DNA of 64,000 nucleotides from Squalus acanthias (lineage: Eukaryota): positions 162,814,001 through 162,878,000 of the forward strand of contig CM059425.1 in assembly GCA_030390025.1 (NCBI GenBank). Direction: 5' to 3'. The translations under genes were made by a program, and so were the position numbers. The notes under the pieces are model-generated. The model made no database searches. It was given only the letters and a program-made list of their open reading frames with translations, and was not told the origin of the DNA. How positions within the stretch are numbered: position 1 is the first letter of the stretch; each line of letters opens with the position of its first letter. Positions 23,407 to 37,732 of this stretch are shown piece by piece.

Positions 23407-26400
23407 GGCCACGATTTTCTCCATGGAGGCGGGTTGGCGTCGGGAAGGGTGCTCGACGGGTCCCGCCGTGTGGGTTACCCGCCCTCATCACAAGGTGCGG
23501 GTCTGTTCAGCTGCTCTGCTGACGCGTTTGCAGCCGAAGTATTTAAGGGGACCATTTCACATTTACATCTGAAGTCGTTTCTGCTGCTCCTGACTGCTGC
23601 TGGTGTTCACTATGGCTGCAGAGAGACAGAAGGCAGCTCCCCGCTTCAATGAGCAATCCCTCCATGTTCTTGTGGAGGGAGTCAGAGGACGTCGGGAGGT
23701 CCTATACCCGAGAGATGGAAGAAGGAAACCTCCTCAGTAGACAAAGGTAGCCTGGCTGCGGATAGTTGAGGAGGTCAGTGCCAGGTCCATGGTCAGACGC
23801 ACCTGGGTCCAATGCAGGAAAAGGTTCAATGATCTCCTGCGCACAGGAAAAGTGAGTATAAAAGCACACTGACCTCAATTCTGCTATGCCTGCTATCACT
23901 TCCCCATCACACTGCATTGCCAACCCTCCCCCTGCATATCCTAACTCAACCCAGTATCACTTGCAACATCAACTATCCCTCTCTCCCTATGTACAGAATC
24001 ACTTCCCCATCTAACTATGTACCCCTCACACCCACCCTCAAGGTTATGCAATGACAACAACTAGCAACTCAAAAGGAGGGAACTTGGTAATAGGAACCCA
24101 CTCCATCATAGTCTCCCTCTAAACATCTATCCTATCCATTCTATACACTCATTCCATCACTCGCACTGAAACACCACTTCTTTCCCTCATTGCAGGAAAA
24201 GAGATCCCACAATAAGAGGGAGAGGGAGAGAACAGGAGGAGGACCACCATCCATGGCGTAGCTGACCAACGCTGAGGAGGCGGCTCTCAAAATTGTGGGA
24301 TCGGTGGAACAGCTAGAAGTGAGGGACGGAGAGACGGGCTCAGTTGAACAACCTGGTGACAGAATGCTTCTCCATCCATCTTATTTGGCTTTCATGAGTG
24401 ACACATATGGCATCTGATGTCAATAGAAATTGAATGCTCATCATGTGCACAATGGGATGTGTCTGCAATCTACACGCCTGCCCTAGAGAAGGGCCTATGC
24501 AGGCAAATAGTTCCGCTTTCTGGAGATCCTCCGCCCGCAGAAAACCCTTAGAAATGTTACGCATGGTATTTACCAGCATAAGAGATGAAAAAAGTTAAAA
24601 AAAAAAAATTCACTCATTTATCATTTAAAAATATTTGAAAAAAGTTAAGTTTATATTTAGCCTCGTAAATAATTTAAATTATTTTTTTCAAAAAATTAAA
24701 TTTTTGTTTAAAATATTTAATTTATTGTAATTTCAACTCATTTTAAAAAGGTGATTTAAAAAAAAATGTATTTAATGCTTTAGTATTTTGGGGGTGATCT
24801 CAATTCATATATTTGACAGGTCTATCTGTCAAGTGAATGAAGGGAGATTCCCTTCTCCTATTGGCTCCCCATGGCCCACGTGATCCCAGGGACGCTTGCG
24901 AACTGCATGCGCCTCTGGGATACGTGGGCCCTGAGCAGTTCGAGTTTGGAGAGGCCCAGGAACGGAAGTATATGCACCACTGGAGCCCTCAGGTAAGTCC
25001 ATAGATTTTTTCCCAGATCGGAGACCTCCGCACGCAGGAAGCCTCCAATCGGAAAATACGGGCCCACATGTCTAACTCTTGTCTTTACTCTCCCACAGGT
25101 CCATGAAGAGCCCCCCTCCTTACTGTCCAGGAGGAAGAGCAGGAGGACTCCTCAGAGGATGCTGCGTCAGCAGCAATCAGCGCACCCAGCACCAGCGCAG
25201 AGGCGCACACCTCGGTGGGTCGTTTGCGAGATAGAGTAGTGTTGTCGCCTGGTGTATCACAACGCACGAGTGAGCAAGAGCAGATGGTGGGGACAGGGAC
25301 AGCAGTGGAGAGTCCTCGTCAGAGGCCACAGGACACTCCTTGCTCTCCCAGCATGTAGACGCTGAGCCTCGGGGGCTATCCAGAAAGAGAGCGGTGCTGG
25401 AGTTTCAGGAACAGGTGCAGGAGGCTCTGACTGTATTTGCAACCACAGTGACTGCAAGTGTGCAGAGAATGGAGGAGTCCATCTCAAATATGAGCAATGC
25501 CATGGCACACGCACTGGCGAATGTAGGTACCGCCATGGAAAGGATGGCCACCTCCATGGAGGACATAAATCGCCAGACTCAAACTAACATGGTGACTCTT
25601 CTAGGTAGATGGTCAGCTATGGATGATAGATGAGCATCTAGCATGGAGAGGAACCAGAAGTCCATGGATGTCCCCGTTATGAGGACTGTCAGTACAGAGA
25701 TGGGTCCTCATGGTTCCACTGATATGCAGCAAGGAGCTCTCCAGCTACTTGCTAGCAGAGAAGTGCGAGTGGCCCAGGAGAGGGTAGATGGTGGGAGGCG
25801 ACATGCAAGTGGAGGCTCCTCTCCAAGCGATCAAACTTCCAGTCCCTTGCCAACCCCTCGGTCAGAGCCCCAGATGGGCACCCAAGCAGTGATGGGCGAG
25901 TCTGCCCCTGTGCAGCCGCAGAAGGAGCAGACCAAAACCCAGAGGATGACCGCCAAAGGCGTCTAAGCAGATGCAGCAGGGAGGTGAGCAGGCTGTCTCT
26001 ACATCTGCTGAAGCCACAGAGGGAGCACAATGTAGAAGCACTTGTAAGAGAAAGCTGACACATAAATAAGCACAAGGGTTCTCAATTGGGTGTTCTGATA
26101 GAATTCATTGTGATGTTTCTGTTCTTTTCTTAAGTTGCAATAAATTAATGTTGCATGAATGTTTTGACATCATTGTCATATGTGTGCTGACAATTTGAGG
26201 TGGCACAGGGAAGGGTAAGGGCACCTTTTATGTCCAGCAATGCAGGTGACCGTGGATATAGAGTTAACACCACATACTTGCAGCCTAAACACAGAATGTG
26301 TCTACCAAATTGTTAAATCACCAACCTCTGACATTTGAAATTTACCAGATTTGAGATTGCAGCTTTTAGACTGCAATTGCAGCTGTGAAGTTTCCAGCTC

Positions 26401-26691
26401 ATTGGTGTTCCCGACACACTTACCTGGCGTGTTCTCCGAAGTCGTGAAACCCAACTCAAAACTTGGAAAATTGCAAAAGGCTGTCAAAATAGCTCTAAAC
26501 AAGCACTTAACAAGGAGCTAAGTGCCTTAAAGCCCTTACCCGCCGCTTGGTGTCGCGTCTGTTGTGAGATCGCAGACCCGACAATCCTAAAACTCGGACG
26601 GAGGTGGGTTCGCGGCGGATTTCCAACCCGCCGTCAATCAATGCAACTTTAACACCTGACCCGCCCTCTGAGCGCCGGCAAAATCGCGGCC
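23407..26691 (+). mobile_element. Harbinger derivative retaining only the Myb/SANT gene
   Basis: TIR GGCCACGATTTT / AAAATCGCGGCC, flanked by TTCA on both sides. No transposase motifs seen. Intron 2 holds an apparent MITE (about 24491-25066). Confidence 0.85.
23612..25966 (+). pseudogene. Myb/SANT-like protein pseudogene, exons 23612-23851, 24196-24355 and 25099-~25966
   Basis: MAAERQKAAPRFNEQSLHVLVEGV...W...RTWVQCRKRFNDL, then EKRSHNKRERERTGGGPP. Canonical GT-AG sites with compatible phases. A few nonsense codons. Confidence 0.85.
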
Positions 26692-26746
26692 TTCATATCC
26701 CAAGTTTCTTGGTATAAGTTACATTCCCCTCTTTCTTCCCCACTCT

Positions 26747-29700
26747 ACATAGGATATACAGCACAGAAACAGACCAATCAGCCCAACCAGTCCGTTCCGG
26801 CATTTATACTCCACTCGAGCCTCCTCCCGTCTTTCCTCATCTAACTCCATCAGCATAAACCTCTATTCACTTCTCCCTCATATGCTTATCTAACCGCCCC
26901 TTAAATACATCTATACTATTCGCTTCAACCACTCCGTGTAGTAGCGAGTTCCACATTCTCACCACTCTCTGGGTAAAAAAGTTTCTTCTGAATTCCCTAC
27001 TTGATTTCTTGGTGACTATCTTATACTGATGGCCTCTAGTTTTGTTCTTCCCCATAAGTGGAAACACTCTCTCTGTATCTACTCTATCAAAGCCTTTCAT
27101 AACTTTAAAGACCTCTATTAGGTCACCCCTCAGCCTTCTCTTTTCAAGAGAAAAGAGACCCAGCCTGTTCATCCTTTCCTGATAGGTAAACTCTCGCATT
27201 TCTGGTATTATCCTTGTAAATTTTTTCTGCACCCTCTCCAGTGCCTCTATATCCTTTTTCTAATATGGCGACCAGAATTGTACGCAGTACTCCAAGTGTG
27301 GTCTAACCAAGGTTCGATATAAGTTTAGCATAACTTCACTACTTTTCAATTCTATCCCTCTAGAAATAAACCCGAGTGCTTGTTTTTTTTATGGCCTTGT
27401 TAACCTTTGTCGATACTTTTAGTGATTTGTGTATTTGTACTCCAAGATCCCTTTGCTCCTCTACCCCACACAGACTCGCACCCTTCAAGTAATATGTGAC
27501 CTCCCTATTCTACCTACCAAAATGTAATACCTCACAATTATCTGTGTTGAAATTCATTTACCAATTATATGCCCATTTTGCAAGTTTATTCATGTCTTCC
27601 TGTAATTTGTTGCAGTCCTCCTCAGTATTGACTATCCCCCCCCGCAATTTGGTGTCACCCGCAAATTTAGAAATTGTGTTTTTGATTCCAAAGTTTAAAT
27701 TGTTAATATAAATTGTGAACAAGTGTTCCCAGCACTGATGCTTGTGGAACACCACTTCCCACCTTTTGCCACTATGAATTGCGACCCTTTACCCCTACTC
27801 TCTGCTTTCTATCTTGAAGCCAGCTAGCTATCCATTCTGCTACTTGTCCCCTGACTCCGCATTCTCTGACCTTATTCATTAGTCTATTATGTGGTACCTT
27901 ATCGAAGGCCTTTTGAAAATCTAGATAAATTACATCTACTGCATTACCCTTCTCTACTCTCTCTGTTACCTCTTCAGAAAATTCAATCAGGTTGGTCAAG
28001 CAAGACTTGCCCTTTTGAAATCCATGCTGACTATTCATTATTATATTTTTGGTTTCTAGATGTTCTTCTATTTTCTCCTTTACTAGGGATTCCATTATTT
28101 TCCTACCACTGATGTTAAGCTGACTGGTCTATAGTTCCCTGAACATGTTGTATCTCCCTTCTTAAATATAGTTATTATGTTAGCTATCCACCAGTCCTCT
28201 GGCACTACACCTTTTTCAAACAAATTATTAAATATGTGTAGTAATGCTCTGCTATCTCTTCCCTAGATTCTTTTAAAATGCACGAATGTAATCCATCCAG
28301 ACCAGGGGTTTTATTCTCTGAGATTGATTAGTTTATTTAATATATCGCCTCTTTTTATTTTAAAGGCAGTTATCTCATTACTAATCGCATCATCCAATGC
28401 CATGTCCACTTGTTCTATCTCCCTGGTAAATACTGAAGCAAAGTAATTATTTAATATTTCTGCCATCTCTCTATCACTGCCTGTGGTATTATCCTGTCCA
28501 TCCCTTCGTGGCCCTATTCCCATCCCAACCTTCCTTTTTTATTTACGTGCCAGTAAAATATTTTACTACTTTGTTTTATGTTCCTTGATAATTTAATTTC
28601 ATAGTTCTGCTTTGCCTTCCTAATTGTTTTTTTTACTTCTCTCCTAATCGCTTCGTATTCTCCCTTATGTTGCTCTCCCCTGCTGTCCATGTACTTAATG
28701 TATGCCTCTTTCCTTACCCTCAATTTTTCCTTTATGGCTTTGTTCATCCATGGTGTCTCATTAGTGTTTAGCTTGTTCTTGTTTTTTAGCGGAATATATT
28801 TTTCCTAGACTCTGTTGAACACCATTTTAAATGTTTCCCATTTCTGTTCTGCATCATTGTTTGCCAATATTGTTGTCCATTTTATTTTCCCAAGTTCTAT
28901 TCTCAGTTCTTCAAAATGAGCTTTTCTCCAATCTATTCGCTGGTCTTCGTCACACTTATGTCCTTCTCAATTATTATATTAAAGCGTATTATATTATGGT
29001 CACTATTGCCTAAATGTCCCGCTACTTTTACTTCTCTTATCTGCTCTGGTACATTCCCTATTACTAGATCCAATAGTGAATCCTCCCTTGTTGGGCTTCT
29101 TACATATTGGGTTAGAAAGGGGTCCTCTACTCATTGTCAGAATTCAATTCCCTTATCCCCTTTACCTACCTCTTCTGTCCAATTAATATTGGGGTAGTTG
29201 AAATCCCCCATGATGATTATTCTGTTTTTATTCATTTCCCTAATTTGTTTGCATGTTACTTCCTCCACCTCCCTTCCACTATTAGGTGGTCTGTAGACTA
29301 GCCCTATTAGTATGTTTGATCCTTTATTATCTTTTATCTCTATACGCATGGATTCTATTTCTGTGTTGCTGATAGCTGCGTCACTTTTTTCTACTGTCAT
29401 TATGTTATCCCTAATAAGTACAGCTACTCCACATCCCCTTTTTCCCTCTCTATCTTTTCTAAATATGTTATACCTTGCAATGTTTAAGTCCTGGTTTTTT
29501 TGTAGCCATGTCTCAGTAATCCCTACTATGTCTGGTTCCTCGCAATACATGATTGCCTCCAGCTCCCCTGTTTCATTACGGATACTGAGTACAATGCTGT
29601 ATAGACAGTTTTAATCGCAGTTCCTCTCACTTTATTTTTAACCATCTTTTAAAACTCCTGTTCTGTAACTCTATTTATTCCCTGGCCGTCAATGTCCTCC

Positions 29701-29805
29701 CTTCCTTTATTCTTTCCTATGCTCTCCTTTCCGGTTTTGTTGATATTTAGGTAGGTTTCATTTCTTCTAGGTCCCTCCCCGCCGTCTTACTAGTTTAAAT
29801 CCTAG
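26747..29805 (-). mobile_element. CR1 LINE, near-complete but disrupted ORF2, truncated at the ORF1/ORF2 junction
   Basis: APE fragment (VGITETW, GDFN), RT fragments (QHGFQKGKSCLTNL, YLDFQKAFDKVPH) and a 3' UTR. Confidence 0.92.
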
Positions 29806-30430
29806 ATTGCTCCTGGTATCATCCCAATTCTCCATATATGATTGCACCTCTGCATGACACTATTCAAAGGAGTTCTCCTGGTGCCCTGGTGAACATTCCA
29901 CCACACTACCAAAAAAAATTTAACTGGTGGTTCATCTCATTACTGTTTGTGGGATCATGCTGTGTGCAAAATGACTGCTGTGTTTACCGACATAACAGAA
30001 AGTCACTGCACTTCAAAGCAATTAATTGTCCTTGAAGTGTTTTGGAACATTTCCAAGCTATGTGATAGGCATTATATAAATGCAATTCTCTTTTCCTTTT
30101 ATCTTTTAGTCTGGCTGGAGATCTCCAGTGTGGAAAATGAAAAGAAGTCGCACTGGCATAGGGGTCCTCTTCTGAGGCTGAATCTGAGGCATGCTGTTGG
30201 GGCAAGGATGAGGGAGTCTTACTCTACACCCAAGATATACTTGATCTGGCAGTGGTTGAAATATAAAACTGTTCAGTCCTCCAGCCGTGACATCTCTCAC
30301 TTTGATAAGCAGCAAATTCATAAAAGGGAGGAAAATAGAAAGTAATGCCTTAAAACCATAGTTTGTGGATTATTTTGTTGCACAGCCATCTATTTTCTCA
30401 AAATTATGCAGATGAATAATATGCACCATA

Positions 30431-32488
30431 GGCCGGGAAATTGGAGCCGTTTGCGCCAGCCAGATAGGAAGAAAAAATGGCGGCCGCCTCCTTCCGGCGC
30501 GGAACACAGCAGCCGCCATTTTGGGCAGGTCGGCAGCGCTGCTGTTGCGTGTGCTTGCTTCACATATTTAGATGAACCAGATCGTGACGTCAATCGGCGT
30601 GAAACACCGAATTGACGTACGATCTGGGATTTTGGACGTCGCCACTCTTATTGACACCTTCTCCAAAACACGCATGGAAGAATGTACGTGCAGCATTACA
30701 ACAGACCTGCTGCCAGCGCTTCTTAAAGCTTCTCACAACGTTCAGGTAAGTTTAGACTTTTGCTTTTGTACTGATTTCTTTACATTTTATTGGAGTAGTG
30801 GCTTCGTGCAATACATTTAAGAAGTTGTTAAAGTGTGCAGGGAGTGCTGCTGGAAGGTGTTTGCAAGGCTTTGGCTCTTAAAGGAAGGCCACTGAGAACA
30901 CCACTTGCTCCCAGTCCTGGGGGCTCTAGTTACAGTCACCCTTGGGCACGGAGAGGGAGCAGAGGCAGCAAAGGGGACAAACTGCTTGCAGAGGGATGAG
31001 GAAGAGGATGAAGCAGAAAAGGGGGAAGCAGAAGGAAGGAGGCAACGCAGACAATCCCTTTCTGGCCAGGATATCCTGGATCAAATCATCCACCTGCAGT
31101 AACAGTGAGCACAATGCCAATTCCCCATTCACCATTTGTCCCACACCCTATCTTCCCTCGGTTATTGACCATCACAGCGTCCTCTTGGCCACAATGCTGA
31201 AATAAAAGCCACCACAAAACAAACATTCCAATCCATATATGCATTCAATATTACATCAGAAAATCAACTAATCACCCTTGAGCATTCCCTTAGTGAGTGT
31301 CTTGCATGTGCCTTTGCCTATCCTAGTGCTCTTACACAGTGCTACCCCAATGGCTGCAGCATGGCTGGTGGAAGGCTGCTGACTTTCAGTGGGGGACATT
31401 GCAGATGGCCTTGCTGGTTGACTTCGAGGAGTTGGTGTCTGAGTGTGAAATCGAGTGATGGTGTTTCTTCTTCCTCTTCTTCTTCACTCTCCTCTCCCCC
31501 TTGGTCAACCACAGGCTGGACAGGCTGGATTTCTTGGGTGTGTGAAATGAGGAAGGCACAAGGGTGGAGTTGTGGTGACGGGAGGGGGGTAAAGCAAGAG
31601 GTGCATGCTTACACCATGTGCAGCTTGTAAATCAGAAGAGATTGTGGGATGAGGGGGAAGTGGGATGTGAGAAGAAGAATAACATATGAGGATACCAGCA
31701 TCTTTTATTCTTTCAGCCCCGCTGCTGGCCAAGGGCTCAGCCACGCCCCTGTCAAGAATTTCCAGCACCGTCTCCTCCAAGGGTGAGATGAAGCTAGGAA
31801 TGTGAGGTGTTCCTCATGTTTGGTAGAGATTGTTGATAGCTGAGTGATTGGGTGGGGTGGGGGGGCGGGGAAGGGGGGGTCGTGCATTGACCAGTGTGTG
31901 AGGCTAGTGGTGCAGTTAGTAGCAGATGACTTTTGAAGATGCATTCACTGACCTTGACCACTCGTCTGAGGTCATGAAACTTCTTTGGGCACTGGAGTCA
32001 GGTCCTGGGTGTGACACTGTTGGCAGTGACCGCCTTGGCGATCTGGTCCCACATCCTTCTTTCTGGAGGGCCTCCTGTGGGTAGAGGACTTCTCTTCCAG
32101 TGTTTCCCCCTGCACAAAGCTCGAATGCTGCATCCGAGACCCTGTGTGCCCTTTCCCTGGCCTGTTGACCCATTTGTGTTAGTGCTGAAGCACTTTTATC
32201 ATTGTTGATCAGCAGAAGGCAGCTCACCTTTAAGGGGTACAGACTGCCTTTAAGAGGAGCAGGCTAGCTTTAAGTAAAGTTAGCCTCACTCCAGCAACGC
32301 AAACTTTGACCCCATGCTGAGCGCACAGCCTGTCAGCAGTACGTTCAGCGCTAGGCTGTGCGCTACAACCATGATAATTAGCAGGCAGCACGAAGTTGAC
32401 GGGCTCCCTGTGCTTTTTGAATGGACGCAGGCATATCTCGCATCGCAGTGGCCGCACCCATTTTTTGGCATTATCGAATTTCTAGGCC
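30431..32488. mobile_element. Non-autonomous Harbinger derivative (Myb/SANT remnant on -)
   Basis: TIR GGCCGGGAAATT / AATTTCTAGGCC, TSD ATA. ORF 31916-32227 contains RERAHRVSDAA. Confidence 0.85.
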
Positions 32489-32959
32489 ATACTGTCTTGC
32501 CTCTGCCAATGTAGGACATGCATGAGAACATCTTTTGGATGTGGAGGAAAGGTTTTCCATTCCTGATGGAAAATACCTTTGCTGGACACCACTTACTGAC
32601 TGAGGAAATCACCTCATGAGGAGTCATGCACAATTCATCACTCCATGGCACAGGGTGCTGAAGAGACAAAAAGCTCAACTGCTAAAGATCAGTCTAGAAA
32701 CAGACCATATATATATGAACAAAAATGCTGGGTAGTGGATGTACTCCATAATTCATATCACCAGAGTGCATCGTCTTGATTTGGAAATGGGTATATTCAT
32801 GTTTCTCTGTAGCAGTTCCTTGGAATGCCTGATGAAGTACATAAATTGGCATCTACATGGAATGCAGCTGTAGTGAGTGCTTTACAATCACAAGTCTTTC
32901 CCATGAGTACATCCTTCTCCTGTGACTTGAGATATGCAAATGAGTGGCTTTATACTTTT

Positions 32960-33516
32960 GCCGGAACAGGTAGGCCCGAGGCACACCCGATATTGAGCCT
33001 CGGGCCTCATTTACAGGATACTCGGGAATGCAGACACCAGCTGGACGTCCCCAGGCAGCTCACTGGCGGAGGATTTCAATATCAGGCCGCTGTGTCGCCA
33101 GCAGTAGTCCTCAGGTGGGCCCTAGGGGAGCTGGGGAGACGATCGGGAGGGAGCCGACAACTGTCTTCAGCGCTGCTGTAGAGTCAGGAAAAGTAATCCT
33201 GCTCCTCCTGGCTCCACATTCATGTATTTTGTTTTTTAATGACCTTTTTGGTGGTGACCTCCAGTGGTCCTTTTAAGGACTGCTGGTTAGGCCGGATGTA
33301 GACCTGGTTTTCTTGAATGCAGCTGGCCTGGCACCGGCAACGTTGAGGGCAGACTAATTTCTGGAAGAGGACCTGAAACAGGTGCCTTATTTGCATATTT
33401 AAAGGGTCAAGCATCTGTTTCAGGCGCGGACTCTGTACGTCTCTTTATGTGCCTGAACTAATATGGTGGACAGTGCAATTCTGGCAACAGGGGTGGCTGC
33501 AAACGAATTCTAAGCC
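32960..33516. mobile_element. Decayed GC-rich MITE-like element
   Basis: Shares motifs (gctcctcctggc.ccac) with the MITEs at 10405 and 49922. Ends aattctaagcc. Confidence 0.45.
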
Positions 33517-34879
33517 TGAGCATTTTATTAGCTTTATACCTTTTAATTTTTTATTATATTTCACACTCGCTCATTGTTCTCTATCAGGACTTCCATAGCT
33601 GCACTGTATTCTGGAGAAGGATCATTTAAATGCACAGATGGGTTTTCAGTGACTTGAGGAGAAATAATTTTCTGTAACAATGCAGAGCTAAATCAATCAC
33701 AAATTAAATGCCCAGGCAAATACAGTAGATGTAAGTGAGAGCAAGATCTTTGATTAAGAATTGATGAGTCTCAGTCTGCTGACAGAAACAGAGACTAAAG
33801 ATGCGATGTTATACCAGGTCACTGAGCAAAGCCAGGGTTTTCATTTCTTAAGTATTTTGTTTTATAAATATCGTCTGTACTAAATAAAGTGACAACAGAA
33901 TGACAGTTAATGATTATCTGGGTTAGAACCAGCCTTGTTTTCAGAAAAAAGATGTCCTTATTTCAAAAGAGCACAGCATTCATGAAAAAAAATTCTTCCT
34001 TGAGAAGAATACTGAGAAGAAGTAGGTATTATTTTCATCTCACGTATGCAGCTTAATGTGTTTCAGCATAGTTTATGTAACTGTGTTTGCATTAAGTGCC
34101 CCTTTAATTGTTTTATGGCAATGGTTGGCTTGCGATTTTTATCGGATTTGATGATACTTGTGAAATATTTAGTTATAAATGTATTTATGGTGAAAATCAT
34201 CCACCAGGACTCCTCTGTCTTCCCACAAACTCTGGAGGGAATTCTTGAATAATTTCAAATGATTTTCAAAAGATGGGACCAGTTAGGCCACACGCTGTTA
34301 CAGCTCGCTATGCGACAGAATGAAAGATTTGTGCCCACATTGCACACACAATAAATTCCTGATTTCAGTGCAAGAAAACAACAAGTGGAGGCCAGGCCTC
34401 CATCTGTGCAGCTCTATTGTTCTGGTAAACAGATTCTTTTTGGACAGAGGGGAATTTGCATTTTGTTTTACTGTAATTTTGGAGCTGAATTTGAGGTGTT
34501 AGTTTGCATTGTCTTTTGATCTGGATTTGCTCCTGTCCTAACTGATGAGATGAAAGTGCTTCTCTCTCAGATAGCTGGCAAGGTTCTACTTGAAATAAAT
34601 TTGGAAATTTTATCCTAGATCTCAGTTAATCAGCAATGGTACTATTGTGATTCTGTGACAATAGAGTGATATTGGGCATGAAACCAAATACAACTACAAG
34701 TGCCTATCCAACACCACCCGGGAGGAGAGCACCACAAATACATAATGATCAGCCCAGTCAAACTAAAAGCGTGTGTGTAATGCTAAATGGTGGTTTGTCT
34801 TTCGTCGTCAATAAGGCAATAATGTCCTGTGGTGACCATCGACTGCAGAGGCTTTGAGTGAACCATTGGGCACTGTGGG

Positions 34880-35175
34880 ACTGCACTGCAAGTCCAAAAA
34901 TGTGTGGGTTAGGTTGATTTGGCTATGATAAATTGACCCTTAGTGTTAGGGGGGATTAAATATGTGGGGTTATGGGGATAGGATGGGATATGTTAGGGGG
35001 AATTAAATACGTGGGGTTACGGGGGTAGGGTGGGATATGTGTACTGTGGGGATTAAAGCAGGGACAGGGTACTGGATTTGGATGATCAGCCATGATCGTA
35101 TTGAATGGCGGAGCAGGCTCGACGGGCCGAATGGCCTACTCCTGCTCCTAGATTCTATGTTTCTATGTTTCTATA
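34880..35175 (+). mobile_element. SINE fragment (V-SINE/HE1-like) with CR1-type 3' tail
   Basis: gtccaaaaatgtgtgggttaggttgattt...aaattgacccttagtg, followed by a CR1 tail ending (ttctatgt)n. Confidence 0.55.
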
Positions 35176-35760
35176 TCACCTGGGCACACGCTAGGACTCG
35201 GTATAGCGGCAAGCAGCTAGAGAAACACTCACCGACAAACCTACACATTCTTGACCTTATTTCACCAGGCCTAGAAGCAGACATACTAGGTAGTCCTCCA
35301 ATCTCCTTGCTGCTTTGTGCAGTGAGTGACTAAACATAAAGGGAGTAAGGGAAAAAGTAGACTCCGCCAAATGGACTTTGTCATCCTCTTTCACCTGAAC
35401 TCTTATTGTAATTTTGTTGTAATTTGTTGTTCTTGTTCCATTATATAATTACTGGCACCTCCATCTTCTCCCCAACCCTTTCTGATCAACTTCCCCATCC
35501 ACTGCTATTCTTCTACCAAAATCTCTAGTAGTAGTCACCCTAATTATATAATTCTCCCTCTACTGTTTTTTTCCCAGCTGTTTCACTCCTTCTGAAGCTA
35601 ATCTCTCAAACCTCTATTCCAGTCCACTCTATTCCACATCTTTCCCAATCTCTACAGCAAGTCTCTTCTCATCTTCTCTAACCCGCCCAAAAAACCTTCA
35701 ATCATCCTCAATGCCCCACAAAATGCTGTCTCTCGCAAACCAGGCCCTCCTAATCCATTA

Positions 35761-36868
35761 TAACAACAGAAAACGCTGGAAAAACTCAGCAGGCCAGGCA
35801 GCATCCGTGGAGAGAGAAAGAGAGTTAACGTTTCAGGTCGATGACCTTTCATCAGAACTGGGAAGAGCCGGAAATCAAATAGATTTAAGGCCAGGGTAAA
35901 GCTGGGAAAAGGGGGAGGGGATAAAGGAACAAAGGGGGAGATGGAGAGACATTAAGAGATATGCAAGGCTAGAGGTGGTGTTAATGTGACAGATTAAGGC
36001 TGAATGAAGTGTGAAATCCACTGGCAGAATGAAGGACAGCTGCCAGCTTCTAGGAGGAAAAAAAAGGTGGGGGGGGACAAATAAAAGGGTGGATAAAATA
36101 AAATATAAATGTGATTGGAGCTGAGGTTATGATCTAAAATTGTTGAACTCGATATTGAGTCCAGAGGGCTGTAGCGTGCCTAAACGAAAGATGAGGTGCT
36201 GTTCCTCAAGCTTACGCTGAGCTTCCGTGGAACAGTGTAATAGGCCGAGGACGGTGAGGTCAGAGTGGGAGTGAAGCGGTGAATTAAAGTGACAGGCCAC
36301 CGGGAGCTCGGGGTCCCCCTTACGGACTGAACGGAGGTGTTCCGCAAAGCGGTCACCCAATCTGCGTTTGGTCTCCCCAATGTAGAGGAGTCCACATCGT
36401 GAGCAGCGAATACAGTATACTAAATTGCAGGAAGTACAAGTAAATCGCTGTTTCACCTGGAAGGGGTGTTTGGGGCCCTGGACAGTGGGAAGAGGGGAGG
36501 TATAAGGGCATGTGTTGCATCTCCTGCGCGTGCACGGGAAGGTGCCGGGCGAAGGGGAAGGGGTGCTGGGGGTGGTAGAGGAGTGGACTAGGGTGTCGCG
36601 GAGGGAGCGGTCCCTACGGAATGCTGAAAGGGGAGGTGAGGGGAAGATGTGTTTAGTGGTGGGATCACGCTGGAGGTGGCGGAAATGGCGGAGGATGATC
36701 CGTTGAATGTGGAGGCTGGTGGGGTGAAAGGTGAGGACAAGGGGAACCCTATCGTGGTTCCGGGAGGGAGGGGCAGGGGTGAGGGCAGATGTGCGGGAGA
36801 TAGAACGGACACGGTCGAGGGCCGTGTCGACCACGGTAGAGGGGAATCCTCGGTTGAGGAAAAAGGAA
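35761..36868 (-). mobile_element. Penelope-like element, 5'-truncated (GIY-YIG endonuclease C-terminus)
   Basis: ORF 36127-36834 has NLVYCIRC..C..LYIGET..RFAEH. 13-bp TSD TCCTAATCCATTA (35748-35760 and 36869-36881). Confidence 0.92.
35823..35859 (-). ncRNA. Minimal type I hammerhead-ribozyme-like motif in the Penelope terminal region
   Basis: AGUU-CUGAUGA-A-AGGUC(AUC)GACCU-GAAACGUU-AACU. Confidence 0.6.
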
Positions 36869-37732
36869 TCCTAATCCATTACCTCATCTTGGAGGAGTAT
36901 ATTGACACCTTGGGTCTGACTGAAATCTAGCTCACGCTTATTAACTCTTCTCCCTCATAAAGACTATTCCACCTGATTTCAAGTTCCACTACGTCCTCCA
37001 TTCAAATCTTCTCTTTAATTTTGCCTTCAACCCCCATCCTATCCCCCTCCATTTTTTCTTTTCATCTCCTGCTCAACTTCCATTGTTTTATCGACAATTT
37101 AAAGCACTTTGATACATCTTTTTGCACATGGAAAGCACTATAGAAATACAAGTTGTTGTCGTTAATTGGTGGTGAAACTTGTGAGAAACACGACATAAAT
37201 GTCTTCTAAAAGAAGATACTGTGGTTTTACAAGTGTTATAGTAGCAGATGCAGGATTTTCTTTAACCCAGTAGAAGATGAGTTGGCAGATGGATTTGAGG
37301 GAAGGCAAACTAAATGAGCAATATCCGCATGTCATGACTAAAAGTGAATGTAGTAAAAGTGCAGAATAATGTTGACTGTTAATTCTAACCACAATTTCTA
37401 AAAAAACCCTCATTTTTAGCAATACTGCTAAACCTCTAAATTGAGACCATTTATTATTTAAATACTGAATGCTCCCCCCCCCACCATGGAATTTTTCATT
37501 GGGAAATTAACTTATTAACCATTATTCGATCTTTCTTTGGATTACACTGACTAACCAAATGAACTACATTTTTGGTACTTTCATGGTCACTTTTGAAATA
37601 TCGACCTGGAGCCTGCACTGGAAAAGCAATTCAGTTAGCACTTTGCCCACCAGGAGAGGGCGTTGAGCTTAAACACATGAGGAGAGCAGCACTACTCCAG
37701 TGGTTATATTTTAATGTTAATGGGAGTCACAC

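Larger units (their letters stand above)
23085..30270 (+). mobile_element. Ancient SINE pieces (LF-SINE-like and Deu-domain SINE) split by later insertions
   Basis: Deu-like halves at about 23280-23402 and 29850-30095. LF-SINE-like pieces at about 23085-23250 and 30100-30270. Family names are from recalled consensus similarity only. Confidence 0.45.
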
